Of a stretch of DNA of 64,000 bases, positions 23,152-35,777 are shown piece after piece. The notes under the pieces were generated by a model that worked only from the letters and a program-made list of their open reading frames with translations, was not told the DNA's origin and ran no database searches. The translations under genes and the position numbers were made by a program. The DNA is from Mustelus asterias. Its lineage: Eukaryota. The number at the start of each line of letters is the position of its first letter. The stretch's first letter is position 1. The stretch spans positions 4,774,001 to 4,838,000 of the forward strand of contig NC_135830.1 in NCBI RefSeq assembly GCF_964213995.1, written 5' to 3'.

Positions 23152-25686
23152 CTCACAGCGTCACTCAGTACACCAATTTGGGAAGTTGATTGAATGATAG
23201 TTGAGTATTTATATGACGCCTTTCTTGATGTGCCACAGTGTGTTCACTGTCACTGTGTTAATGGACTGGACAAGGCACAGCAGCCAAGTTGACCCCCGCA
23301 TTATCCTTCAAACAACACCATTTTAATGAATAACATGTTTTAGGACGTTTATTGTTGGGTAGTTACTGACTAGAGCAATTCCACAGCTTTTCATAGAAAT
23401 AGTGTCCTTGAGATCGATAACCCCCTTCCGAAAGGGCAGTCGGTGCCCCCGATTTAACATCTTATTCGAAATCTAAGACCTCTCATAATTCACCATTACC
23501 CTAGGACTGCACTGCCGCGTATGAATGGATCCTGGGTCTGGAGTCTCTGGAGAACGACTGGAATTTTGAAAACGTCTGATTCATAGGCGATAGAACGAAC
23601 AACTGAACCTCGCCTGACAATTGGTGTTTGTAGATTAACACTTGTACTGCTAATTCTGAGACACTTTCACCGTTTTGACAATGAATGTATAGTTTATATT
23701 TACACGTGCAGATAGATTAGTGTAATGAATGGCCTCCTTCTGCACTGTAGAATCCTATGATTCTATGATTCTATGGGCGTTGTGGATCTCTATCTGAGAG
23801 CGTTGTCACACTGAGCCTCATAGTGGAGTGAAGAGATTTGCGAGTCCCATAATTTTCTGGATACTTTGAGTTTGTGATCAATAGTAACCAAAGTCTTTCG
23901 GCATGGAAAGAACTAATGCCCCTCCCCACATCTCATTCTCTCTCTCACTCTCTTTAAACACACACATACGCATACATACACACACACAGACAGACAAAAA
24001 CACACTGTTTTCTGATCAACGCTATTAATTAGAAACATTGGCTGAATATTTTCGACCAACTAACTTGTGGTATTGGACCATGGAGTACAATGGTTTATAC
24101 AGGTCACTCTCTAACTCACCTGTGCTATATCGTTGGCAACTTAGAAACATAGAGATCAGAAGCAGCGGTAGGCCATTCGGCCCACAGACCAGTTGCATTA
24201 TTCATTTTGAACACGGATGATCATCAAATTTAATATCCTGAACCCCTTTCCCCTATATCCCAAGATCCCTTCAGACTTAGAACCATAGAACCATAGAAAA
24301 TTACAGCTCAGAAACAGGCCTTTTGGCCCTTCTTGTCTGTGCCGAACCATTTTATGCCTAGTCCGACTGACCTGCACTTGGACCATATCCCTCCACACCC
24401 CTCTCACTTCTGGAGCAATATCTAATTTCTTCGTGAAAACAGACAGAGTTATAGAAAAATAAAAAGCAGAAATTTATCAGCAGTTGCTTGTCCGATATAT
24501 ACTGTCGTTCACAGTGCAATGTCACATCGCAAAATTATTTCCTGTAATTTATGGCTGACACCTGTGAAAGCGGTGAACTGTAGTTTCATGCAGTTTTGTT
24601 CAAACATAATGTCTTGTAGAGCCACCTATTGGAATGTTCTCTGTAAACACATTTAGTCTCCAATATTGCATCATGATGTTACTGAAATGTTATTATGCCA
24701 GTTAATAACGGATTTTACTGCTTTCATGTTATTATTCCTGCTGCTTATGGCTTTCTCGTTGTTTTGTTTTTGTCACATTTCCTACTTAATATTAATTACA
24801 ATATTATTTTTCCTCGTTTGCTGGCATTCCAACGTAACTAGTAGAGTACATATTGCTGTGTATGAATATATGGACGTCGCTTAATCGACTCATAGATCAA
24901 CAACTGATGAGTTTGGATTATCGTGTCTCCCGTTTTCCCGAAAGTTCAGAGTGTCGAAAATCTAATTTCTCCACGTCTCGCTGCTTCAAAGTGTCAGAGA
25001 CCCTGGTTCCTTCCCGGCCTTGCCTGACTGTCAGTGTGGAGTTTGCACGTTCTCCCGGTGTCTGCGTGGGTTTCCTCCAGGTGCTCATGTTTCCTTCCAC
25101 AGTCTTTCATCAGAATGGCTCGGACATTACACTAAAGAAAGAGAATCGTCAGGGTTTAAAATAAAGATGAAATTTGCTCTCTTGTATGCGTTCATTGCAG
25201 TACAATAGTAACAATATGTGCAAGAATAAAGCGACATAATCGTGCAGCAACGCCGTTCAGAACGTTGAGATTTCGATGGTTTTCCCGTAATTGGCCAGTT
25301 AGCTCAGATCACCACCAAAAGGAGCTGCCTCACCAAGGTAGTGGGTTTACTGCAGCGGGTACGGGAACAATAGCATTGAGGTTCTGCTGCTGGTCTAGTA
25401 TTCCAGTGAGGCAAGCAGCTCTCCGAAATCAATGATGGATATGGATCAATACCGCGATAACACCTCCAGTGTTTTCCGTTCAGGGAATTGCTTGCAAACG
25501 ATGAAAATTAGAATAAAGAGGAATTTTCCATCAAACAGCCCACATCCAGCGCCACAGAAAGAGAGAATTGGGGCTTGCTGTCCTTTGTAATATTGTCCTG
25601 TTTGTATTAACAGTTCATAATCCATGTTACAAGTTGAATTTATTGAGAGGCAGTGGGAATGCCTTTGCTGGTTTTTGTACGGGCTA

Positions 25687-26013
25687 GGCGGCACGGTAGC
25701 ACAGTGGTTAGCACTGCTGCTTCACAGCTCCAGGGACCTGGGTTCGATTCGCGGCTCGGGTCACTGTCTGTGTGGAGTTTGCACGTTCTCCTCGTGTCTG
25801 CGTGGGTTTCATCCGGGTGCTCCGGTTTCCTCCCACAGTCCAAAGATGTGCGGGTTAGGTTGATTGACCATGCTAACATTGCCCCTTAGTGTCCTGAGAT
25901 GCGTAGGTTAGAGGGATTAGCGGGTAAAATATGTAGGGATACGGGGGTAGGGCCTGGGTGGGATTGTGGTCGGTGCAGGCTCTTTCTGCAATGTAGGGTT
26001 CTATGATTCTATG
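25687..26013 (+). mobile_element. HE1-type V-SINE inserted in the RSS spacer of V2
   Basis: Full head, V-domain and tail; nonamer to its left, heptamer to its right. Confidence 0.92.
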
Positions 26014-26034
26014 AACTGTGCCTCTGCAAATGTG

Positions 26035-26473
26035 CGGGGATCAGCGCACAGTGATACATGGCAGAGTCAGAGACACAGACCCCGGTGATATTTAACAGAG
26101 CTGTTCTCTTGTTTTTGTCCAAATCAGCAGAAAACAGGTCAGGGATATCTAGAGACTTATCCCCCTATCTGTTGCCGTAACTCCTCAGTAAATATCTCGG
26201 AGCTTCTCCGGGATAGTGGATGTACCAGAAGAGAGTTGGAGCAGAGTATTTTGTTGTGTAACTGCAGTTTAATATTACTACCTGTCCTTCCTGAACAGTT
26301 AATTCAAGCGGCTCCTGGGAGACTAGATATTGGCACTGGTTCCTGCAACAACATATGGAATGTGTGAGAAATCGGTGAGTAAATATAATCCGTGAAACAC
26401 ACACTGAGGATTTGAGTTCAGACTCACCGGGCAGCATGTCCATTATTATCAAGAAAGCACACAGGGAACACAT
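26035..26473 (-). pseudogene. TCR alpha/delta-type V segment pseudogene (V2): leader 26428-26473, V exon 26035-26342
   Basis: Leader MCSLCAFLIIMDMLP-G|gtgagt; VSQEP...VILNCSYTTKYSAPTLFWYIHYPGEAPRYLL; TAG stop at 26165; frameshift; DSAMYHCALI. Confidence 0.9.
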
Positions 26474-27336
26474 GGTTCGTGATTGGACATGAACATGTTT
26501 CAGATGTGCTGGTGCTTCTAGTCTTATATCTAAAAATAAACTCAGATCAGAGGCATCTTGCAATTATTGCGAAATTGTTCCTCAGTGCCGCGATTGGCTT
26601 GTCTCCCTGAGATGGTGTCAGCTGTTGCCCAATCATCTAAATGTTTTATACGGCTGAACCACACCAATCACATTCCACCCCTGGTTGCTTTTACCTGGCG
26701 TTCTCTCTCTTCCTCGGTTTCACTTTGTCACTCATTCTGTCTCTACCTCGGTTGAACTTGCCTTCCTTCGAACTCTTTCCTGAGGAAGATCATTCTCTCT
26801 AATGAAAGTGAAAGATCAAATAAATGTTTTTAAATCAGGTATTATTAAGGGGCATGAGCATAAATGAAAGGTTACTGTCTTAATTACACTGGGCGAACGT
26901 TGATACCCAACTTCATGTCGAGATGCAGTTCCAGTGGGACTGCTCTTGTACCGTTAAGGTACTTAATTAACCCAGTCAATATTTTGTACCCAGAAAATGT
27001 GAAACAACTGAGTGTGCCTATGACATTATTTCACTTTAAAAACGTGTCCCCTGACAGCGAGGCATCTGATACAGAAAGGTTAAGTGTACAAATAGATGAT
27101 GGCATTCACTTGGAAGATCTGTGGGTTGTGTGAATGGCATCGCAAAATGGTTGGATTTGATCCAGAAGTAATCTGACCGCCAAAAGTCAAATTTCTCGAC
27201 AGTGGCAATCATTGACCTCAGTGAGGGAAAACCATTCAGATGAGGCACAATGTCACGTTCACTATCTGTGCATTTTTTATGAAATTCAACTCCATGTGCT
27301 TTCCTGACACCAAACTCTTGACTATCGACCTGTGGC

Positions 27337-27375
27337 AGCATTTGTATGAGGCCCAATAGACCCTCGCTCATTGTG
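27337..27375 (-). other. 23-RSS of V3
   Basis: Minus strand heptamer cacaatg, 23-nt spacer, nonamer acaaatgct. Confidence 0.85.
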
Positions 27376-27703
27376 GTTCTCAGTGCACAATAATACACGG
27401 CGCTGTCTGTCATCTTCAAATCTTTCATGGACAAGTGAAAAGTGTTTTGTGCTTGCATGTGATTCCCGCTGAAGAGCTCAAGGCCGGGGGCCGTCTTCTT
27501 GTACCCGTAACTATCGGCTCTGAGCAGATACTGAGGAGCTTGGAGTGAAGACTGCCGATACCAGAACAGGCCATATACTCTAGCTAAACTCTGTACAGGG
27601 TAACTGCAGGGTATTGCTGAACCTTCACCCCCTGTTGCTTCAACTCTTGGTTCTGATTGGGACACTGAATCTCAATTACTCATCTCTGAATATAAACAAT
27701 AGA

Positions 27704-28814
27704 AGTCATGTTGTGGAGATGACGGCTTTGGACTGGGGTGAACACGGTAAGAAGTCTCACAGCACCAGGTTAAAGTCCAACAGGTTTATTTGGTAGCAAA
27801 TACCATAAGCTGTCGGAGCACTGCTCCTTCGTCAGATGGAGTGGAAATGTGCTCTCAAACAGTGCAAACAGACAAAATCAAGTTGCAGAATACTGATTAG
27901 AATGCGAATCCTACAGCCAGCCAGGTCTTAAAGGTACAGACAATGTGGGTAGAGGGAACATTAAACACAGGTTAAAGAAATGTGTATTGCCTCCAGACAG
28001 AACAGCTAGTGAGATTCTACAAGCCCAGGAAGCAAGCTGTGGGGTTTACTGATAATGTGACATAAATCCAACATCCCGGTTTAGGCCGTCCTCATGTGTG
28101 CGGAACTTGGCTATCAGTTTCTGTTCAGCAACTCTGCGCTGTCGTGTGTCGTGAAGGCCGCCTTGGAGAACGCTTACCTGAAGATCCAAGGCTGAATGCC
28201 CGTGACTGCTGAAGTGCTCCCCACAGGAAGAGAACAGTCTTGCCTGGTGATTGTCGAGTGGTGTTCATTCATCCGTTGTCGTCGTGTCTGCATGGTTTCC
28301 CCAATGTACCATGCCTCGGGACATCCTTTCCTGCAGCGTATCAGGTAGACAATGTTGGCCGAGTTGCAGGTACTGTGTACCTGGTAGATGGTGTTCTCAC
28401 GTGAGATGATGGCATCCATGTCGATGATCCGGCACGTCTTGCAGAGGTTACTGTGGCAGGGTTGTGTGGTGTCGTGGTCACTGTTCTCCTGAAGGCTGGG
28501 TAGTATGAGGTTGCGTGGTTGTTTGAAGGCAAGAAGTGGGGGTGTCGGGATGGCGTTGGCGAGATGTTCGTCTTCATCAATGAAATGTTGAAGGCTCCGG
28601 AGGAGATGCCGTAGCTTCTCCGCTCTGGGGAAGTACTGGACGACGAAGGATTCGCATTCTAATCAGTATTCTGCAACTTGATTTTGTCTGTTTGCACTGT
28701 TTGAGAGCACATTTCCACTCCATCTGACGAAGGAGCAGTGCTCCGAAAGCTTGTGGTATTTGCTGCCAAATAAACCTGTTGGACTTTAACCTGGTGTTGT
28801 GAGACTTCTTACCG
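27704..28814 (-). mobile_element. Penelope-like retroelement, 5'-truncated, with inverted pseudo-LTRs
   Basis: GIY-YIG endonuclease remnant (CNSANIVYLIRC...WYIGET...RQRMNEH, 28174-28419); about 167-bp inverted repeats 27745-27911 and 28648-28814; 13-bp TSD tataaacaataga (27691-27703, 28815-28827). Confidence 0.92.
28720..28756 (+). ncRNA. Minimal type I hammerhead ribozyme motif in the Penelope pLTR
   Basis: ccat-CTGACGA-a-ggagc-agt-gctcc-GAAA-gc-tt-gtgg: core boxes, helix II, helix I (ccat/gtgg), palindromic AGCT in place of helix III. Confidence 0.8.
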
Positions 28815-29159
28815 TATAAACAATAGACACAGGATGGATTAGAAGTAGGATGAAGATGATAATCACGCAGAGACAGGAAGGGCGAATTGCACAAAGATCG
28901 CAATACTTTTTAGGAAGTTTGATTGACTTTTAACCAGGGTAAAAAGCAAAATGAAGAACATTTTCACTACCATGATTCCACTACCATTAGTTCCTGAAAC
29001 AGAAACAGCGATAATTGTGTGTACCTGACCTGGAATGCGAGAATTTGAAAGAGCCAGGAGAATATAATGCGATTGGCTGGGGTTTATTTTCCCCGCCCAT
29101 TTTGATACCTGCAAATCAATCACTTTCGACAGAAGGGGCCGTGATGTATTGTACACGGC

Positions 29160-31200
29160 ATTCCAAATGTTATCCTATCAATGTCCTGTACAAATGAAGC
29201 ATCGCCTGCCTATTTTTGTTATAAAATCCCTCACAAAATTGAGAACGGTATGATTTTAATTAATTGTTGTACATGTAGACTAGTCCCCTGTGATTCATGA
29301 ACTACGAGATCCAGGTCTCTATGTGCCTCAGAGTTCTGCAATCTCTCATCATTTAGATTGCTAACTTTATTTTTTATTCTTCCTGACAGTTGCACATTTG
29401 CCCACACGATATTCCATTTACTGGAGCTTCTCTCACTCACTTAATGTGTCCATTTCGCTTTATAGTCCCCTGGCTTTCTCTTTACAGTTTATTTTCTTAT
29501 CTACCTTTGTGACATCAGCGAATTTAGTCCCTGCATGCAAGTAATTTATATGAGAAGAAAAAAGTTGATTCCCCAACACTGAGCTCTGTGGCACACTGCT
29601 CATCACCTCCTGCTATCCTGAAAAAGACTAATTAATTCCAATTCTCTGTGTTCTGTTAGCCAACTTCGATTCATGCTGATTTCGTACCCCGTTACTCCAT
29701 GAGATTTAATTCATGTAAGAATCTTCGATATGGCACCTTATTAAAAGCCTTCTGGAAATCTAAGTACATTATATCCCTTCATCCACAGCACATGTGACTC
29801 CTTCAAGGAACTCCAATAAATTGTTTTCATGTGATTTTCCTTTCACAAAATCATGTTGACTCTGCCTAATTACCTTGAACGGTGCCCTGCTATAACATCA
29901 TTAATAATCTCTTCGACTGTTTTTCCTCCGACAGATATAATGCTAATTGTACTACGGCGTAACTCGCTATTCAAAAAAAAGTTACATTTGCGATCTTCCA
30001 CTCCAATAGATTTTTCACCGAAACTCGAGAGTTTTGGGAACTTGAAAACAATCAACAATCTGATCAGCGACTACTTTAAGAACCTGCCACTGAGGGCCAT
30101 TCAGACCCCAGAATTTGTCAGCCCATAGACCCAAAAATTTGCTCAATACCATTTGCTGCTTACACTGACTTTCCTGAGTTCTTCCCTCCCTTTCATTTCC
30201 TGATTTACAGCTATTTCTGGGATGTTACTTGTGCCCACTATAGTGAAGCCCAATGTAAATACCTGTTTTAGTAATCCGCCACAGCCCAACTATCCATTAC
30301 CGATTTCCCAGATGTACTTTTTATTGGACCATCGCTCACGTTGTTAACTCTATTCTTTCCTAAATCTCGATAGAAATTCTTACTTTTCATACTTAAGTTA
30401 ATGGCTAGCTGCCGCTGGTACTCCAGTGTTTTTCTCCCTTTTCTATAATTTTGCCATTCTTTTACGTGCTTTATAACTTTTCCAATCTTCTGATATGCTA
30501 CTCATCTTTGCACAAGTTTGATTTTTTCTTCAATTTAATGGTGTCTTTACTTTCTAAGATGCCATCTGAGATTAGGTCCCCATCTGAATTTTCCTTTCTA
30601 ATTGGAATGTATCTGTTTTGTGTTCTGAAGTGTCTATTCAAATGTCTTTCATTGAACCTCTATTGATTTATCCTTTAAAGACATTTTACTGTTCTCTCTC
30701 GCGAGCTCCACTTTCATGCCCCCATAGTAACCCATATTTATGTTTAAAATAATAGTCTTTTCTCCCTCAAACTAAATGCAAAATTCAATCTTATTATTAT
30801 GAACGCTGCTACCAAGCAGTGCCTTCACCAAAAGTTTCAATGAATCCCATCCCGTTGTACAATACCAAGTCTAGTATAACGTACACACTGGTTGGCTGCA
30901 AAACGTGTAATTCTATGAAACTACCCAGAAAACATATCTATTATGTCCTCTTCTATGCTACGTTTACCCATCTGATTTTTGCTTTCAATATGTAGATTAA
31001 AATCATCCATGATTAGTGCCGTACCATTCCGACAAGCACCCATTATCTCTTGCTTTATCATCTGTCCTACCATATAGCTGCAGTTAGGGCCCACAAGTGA
31101 CTTCTTACTTTTATCATTTCTTACCTCAACCCAAACTGCTTCCATATCATGCTTTCCTGTTCTTAGGTCATTCCTCTCTAAAGTGCTAATGTCATCATTA
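29160..31200 (-). mobile_element. Old degenerate CR1 LINE ORF2 fragment
   Basis: Endonuclease remnants (EAVWVEVRN, IMDDFNL) and RT remnants (DFQKAF-like, RDLDLVVHES). Confidence 0.8.
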
Positions 31201-32867
31201 ATTGTCAGAAACACACAACATAGAGAAAAAAAATATTGTAGAAGTCGGGAGACATTTGGAGCACAATGGACATCGGGGGCAGTCCATTCTTGGTTTTGAC
31301 TCAATGGTCACAGTCACTACGTTGTGAGACCTGAAATAAAAATCGAAAATGCTGGATAAACTCAGCAGGTCTGGAACTTTCTGTAGAGATAGACAGAATT
31401 AACCTTTAAGATATAAATGATCTGTTTATAGAACTGAGGAAAGGTAAAAAAAAACTACATAGTAAGAGATGGGGCAGAATAAAATAACATGGATAGGTCG
31501 GCACCAAAGAAATATGGCAGTTTTATCCTGAACATAAGAGAAAGAGGAGTGTTAATGGTTCCATGGAGGGACGAAGAATGTTAATAGTTGCAAAAGGTCA
31601 GATATTGGAATGATGGAACTGAACAAACAGTGACAGGTGGTCAAATGGGTGGATGTTGTCTCTTGTGTTGGGGCAGGCCATGAGAGCGGAAAAACAACTA
31701 ACAGCAATCTACAAATGTGGGGTGGGGGGGGCGGTACAAATGTGGGGGGGGGGGGGAGCGGGGTGGTAAAATTAATAGGGATGGGGGGGAGGGGTTACTA
31801 TCCATAGTTCTTGAATTCAACGTTGTATCCAGCAGCCTGTAATGTTCTGAAAGGGAATATGAAGTTTTGTTATTCAAATCATTTGGGCATCAGCAAAGCA
31901 CTACAGTAGGTCTACGAAGGGCATGTGAGCATGAGGTGAATTATCTGACATGTTTCCCTGTTAATATTATACTCGGCCCTCGCTCATTTACAGAATGATC
32001 ATTTGCTCCTGAGAAGCTGGATGCTAATTAATTCTATCGACTGCATTTGTACTTCACTCTGCCCTGTCTCCGATGTACGAGGACAATATTTATTTATATA
32101 TTCCATGTATTCTATAACGCCTTGGTGCTGCTCGCATTTCATGAGGTTTTGTCTCAGTTATTATTACACCAACAATTTATATTTCTATTTAATGTCGATA
32201 CTGTCTTCATTTTCACTGCACTTGGTGCTATTAGTTCTAAACCACGTCTCGGCAATTACTTGCCCCAACGATATATCAATTTATACACAGCAGGACATGC
32301 GTCAATTGTTCCTTCACTAGAAATTCTAAATTCATTCTTGATCATTTGAAGGCACTTTCAACAGGTGTGGTTTATCAGAACAACCGAAGTGGTGTGGTGT
32401 TTCCACAGAGCGCAGTATTTGCAAGCGATGGGTTCCACCTCATACATCCCCCCATATTCGCGAATAGTTATTTCAAATAGTTGCATCGTAAATCTGTTCA
32501 AATATTTGTACAGCAATAGAGCACTAAACACCAGAAAGTTACCAAGTAAGCCAAACACATTAACTCATCCACCAACTATAACCACATCATGGTGGGATGG
32601 GAAGAGATGGTTTTTCCATTAGAGATGGGACCTCAGTTCAGTATACAAAACATGAGTTCTGATTGATGGAGATGCTAGGACATGGTGTGAGCCGAGGAGG
32701 GACGGTAAATTTGTGGACAGCAATTCACAAACATCGGCAATGCATTCATCTCCCTTACAAATGTAACAAATGAAATATATGAGATCATCCTTTAATCTGT
32801 TTGTTCTCTGACCTGTTAATAAAGTGGATGTTGTAACTTAACTGTCCCTCTGGAGGCTCTCACCTGG

Positions 32868-32873
32868 TATAAA
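32868..32873 (+). promoter_or_regulatory. TATA box of GPCR gene
   Basis: TATAAA 76 nt upstream of the ATG at 32944. Confidence 0.55.
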
Positions 32874-32943
32874 GGAGAGTGTATTTTGCTCTTGCGCAGA
32901 TAGTGTGCGCAACTTGCAGAATTCAATTAGTTTCTGAAAGGCG

Positions 32944-35355
32944 ATGCATGGGCCAGCGAATGGACCATTTTATGCTATTTATTATCCGATGCTCGCTGCT
33001 ATTGGTGTCCCAGGTAAGAAAGGAATCCCCGTTAAATTATTCATTTGTACGGTGGTGAAAAGGCCTCATTGTATTTTCGTGTGTTCGGGTGCATTGCTTC
33101 CATTTGCATTATGGTGTGTGGCAATACGCAGTTCAGTATGTTGCACTTCACACTTTTTGAACAACTGTTTATTAGAATGCAGGAATATGAATTATAACTG
33201 TAACATTGTACACACGCTATATTATTCAACAGTTCTACTGAACCAGAGAAATGTACATCAAGCAGAATTACGAAATGTTTGGTCAAAGAGGTACGTTAAT
33301 TCAATAAATCGTAGATAAGGTAAGAGAGAGGAAAAATGAGAATTTGAAGATGGGAATTCCAGGCAAAAGAGTGTAGGCAGCTAAAATGATCACTGAAAGC
33401 GATGGATCGTTAATGTCTGGAATTGACAAGAGGGCAGATTTAGATGTACGATAGCCTCTCAGATTGCTTTAGGGCTGCAGCATATTACAAGGATAGGGAG
33501 TGGCGAGGCTGACGAGGCTAACGACTTAATGGATCATTGTGGAGGGAATACTGAAACTGAGCTGTAACTAGGCAATTGTCCAAAATAGATCAGCAAGCGT
33601 AGTGATGATGGCTGAATGGGTGTGGCATGAGTATAAGCATTGGGAACAAATCTTTTGGGTCGGTTAGAGTTCACTGAGGCTGCAGGAACCTATTCCTATG
33701 GTCGTGAGCCGAGATATAATAAAGGATTTTAATCGAAGTTACGCTAAGGCACAGGCGACACCATGGACTGTATTAGAAAGTAAATGTAAGTTGCGTTCGT
33801 GCTTATTTTTATTTATTGGTCACAAAGTAGACCTACATTAACACAACAACGAAGTTATTGTGAAAATCCCCAGTCCCCATACTCTGGCGCCTGTTTTGAT
33901 ACACAGAGGAAGCATTTGGCATGGCCAATGCACCCAAGCAGCACATCTTTCGGATTGAGCGAGGGAGCCAGAGCACCCAGAGCAAACCACGCAGCCACGG
34001 GGAGAACGTGCAGACTCCACACAGACAGTGACTCAAGCCTGGAATCAAACCCAGGTCCCTGACGCTGTGAGGTAGCAGTTCTCACCACTGTGCCACCTGC
34101 CACTTATGGTCAACTTAGGAATGTGGCATCTGCAATTTCAGCCCACTGTCAAAACATCGATATTGGAAACAGTTTCCAGCCTCAGATGATGGTTAGCCAC
34201 AAGAATTGAATCAGTTGTCAGAGAGTGGTGTTTGTGACAGGGACTGATTAGTATATTCTATGAATTGACAAATGTTTGATCCAGCAGTGGCTGTGGAACA
34301 AGTAGCAATGGCTTTGGAATAATTGAAATCTGGAGGTGGCAAATAGACGGATCAGGAGGGTTTCAGCAACTGATTGGATCAGGGAGTAGTTGTTTTTTGC
34401 TGTCCACTTGGTAACGTCTTTCTCCTTTTATTCTCTTACAGCTAACTTGGTGGCGATCATCATCCTATCCCGTGGACGGTGTGGACTCTCCCAGTGCATC
34501 ACTTACTATCCAGTGGCGATAGCGGTGACTGATTTTCTTGTCATGGTTACTGCTGTTATCCTCAACCGGATAGGTGGCATTTATTTTCGGTACAGTGTCC
34601 TATCTACCACCCCCGGATGCGCTGTCAGCACTGTGCTGGTGTATGCAACCCGGGATGGTTCAGTCTGGCTGACAGTGGCTTTCACCTTAGACCGTTACGT
34701 GGCCATCTGCTGTCAGAGACTAAAGGCCAGATACTGCACTGAGAAAACAGCATTGCTGGTTATAGGACTTGTCTGTACTCTAAGCTACGTGAAGAACATT
34801 CCTTTCTATTTCACCTATCAGCCCTTGTACATACTGGACGGGGTACCCTGGTTCTGTGATATTATGTCCAGCTATTACTCTTTGCCCACCTGGCAGGCCT
34901 ATGACTGGCTGGACCATATATTAACGCCCTTTCTCCCATTCCTCCTCATTCTGATTCTCAACGCCCTAACCGTGAAGCACATTTTAGTGGCCAGCAGAGC
35001 CCGCAGGAGGCTCCGGAGCGCCGAGAATCATGGAGATGCAGAGATGGCAAACCGCAAGAGATCCATTGTGTTGCTGTTCACTATCTCGCTCAGTTTCCTC
35101 CTCCTGTGGGTCACATACGTCGGACATTTCCTCTACGTGCGGATTACGGGTGAGGCCTACTTCACCGGCCTGGATTTCAATGACCCGCACTTCATGCTTC
35201 AAGAAACTACAAACATGCTGCAGTTACTCAGTTCCTGCAACAATACCTTTATCTATGCAGTATCCCAAACCAAGTTCCGAAATGAACTGAAGAAGGTTCT
35301 GCTTTTTCCCTTCTCCATTTTCACCAGTTGTTTTAAGTTGCACGGTATTGTATGA
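32944..35355 (+). CDS. Class A orphan GPCR, GPR139/GPR142-like chondrichthyan family; exons 32944-33013 and 34442-35355 (327 aa)
   Basis: Exon 1 MHGPANGPFYAIYYPMLAAIGVP-G|gtaag; acceptor ttctcttacag; in-frame join to ANLVAIIILSRGRCGLS...SVWLTVAFTLDRYVAICC...NTFIY; seven hydrophobic segments; AATAAA at 35461. Confidence 0.92.
33808..34100 (-). mobile_element. V-SINE (alternative tail) in GPCR intron
   Basis: tRNA-like head and V-domain on minus strand, tail ggattttcacaataacttc...aatgtagg. Confidence 0.82.
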
Positions 35356-35777
35356 TCCAGTTAATGGCTAGTAATGGTTTGTTTACAGAAGTCAAGTTTG
35401 AACCTTTACTTGTTTATTAACAGGATACCGTCACAATATTTCCCGTTCTTACACAAAGAAAATAAACGTTGCCATGTAAAGTCAGAAACATAAAGCCATT
35501 TACAACACCAACCTCGGACAGCAGCATTCAGAATTAACATGTGGTATATGAGGAGTAACAAAATAAATGTTATCTACTAAACAATATTGCATATTAAATG
35601 GCAGATGGGAACAAGGCAGATCCCATGGGTTTTCCGTGATTTCAGATGGATGGTAACAGAGAGAACAGAACAGGGAGAGAGGGTCCCTGGGATTATGCTC
35701 AGTGTCAGGGGGAATGGATCTGATCAGGGAGAAATGCATACTAGAAAGAGAAGGCAGTGGGAGATGTTTAATGGTTA

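Larger units (their letters stand above)
27376..28973 (-). pseudogene. TCR alpha/delta-type V segment (V3): probable leader 28928-28973, V exon 27376-27685 with early stop
   Basis: DSVSQSEP...IPCSY...LFWYRQSSLQAPQYLL...DSAVYYCALR open, but preceded in frame by TGA (27672-27674); hydrophobic 46-nt leader MVVKMFFILLFTLVK with weak donor gtcaat. Confidence 0.88.

Noticed and set aside
27036-27375. C-terminal half of the 209-aa ORF as part of a V-domain protein
   Set aside because: It is read-through across the RSS into flanking DNA; the V exon ends at YYCALR.
23113-27375. Facing RSSs allowing V-to-V recombination
   Set aside because: All are 23-type, which violates the 12/23 rule.
33014-33318. 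124-aa ORF as a standalone protein
   Set aside because: Only the first 23 codons are GPCR exon 1; the rest is intron after a canonical GTAAG donor.
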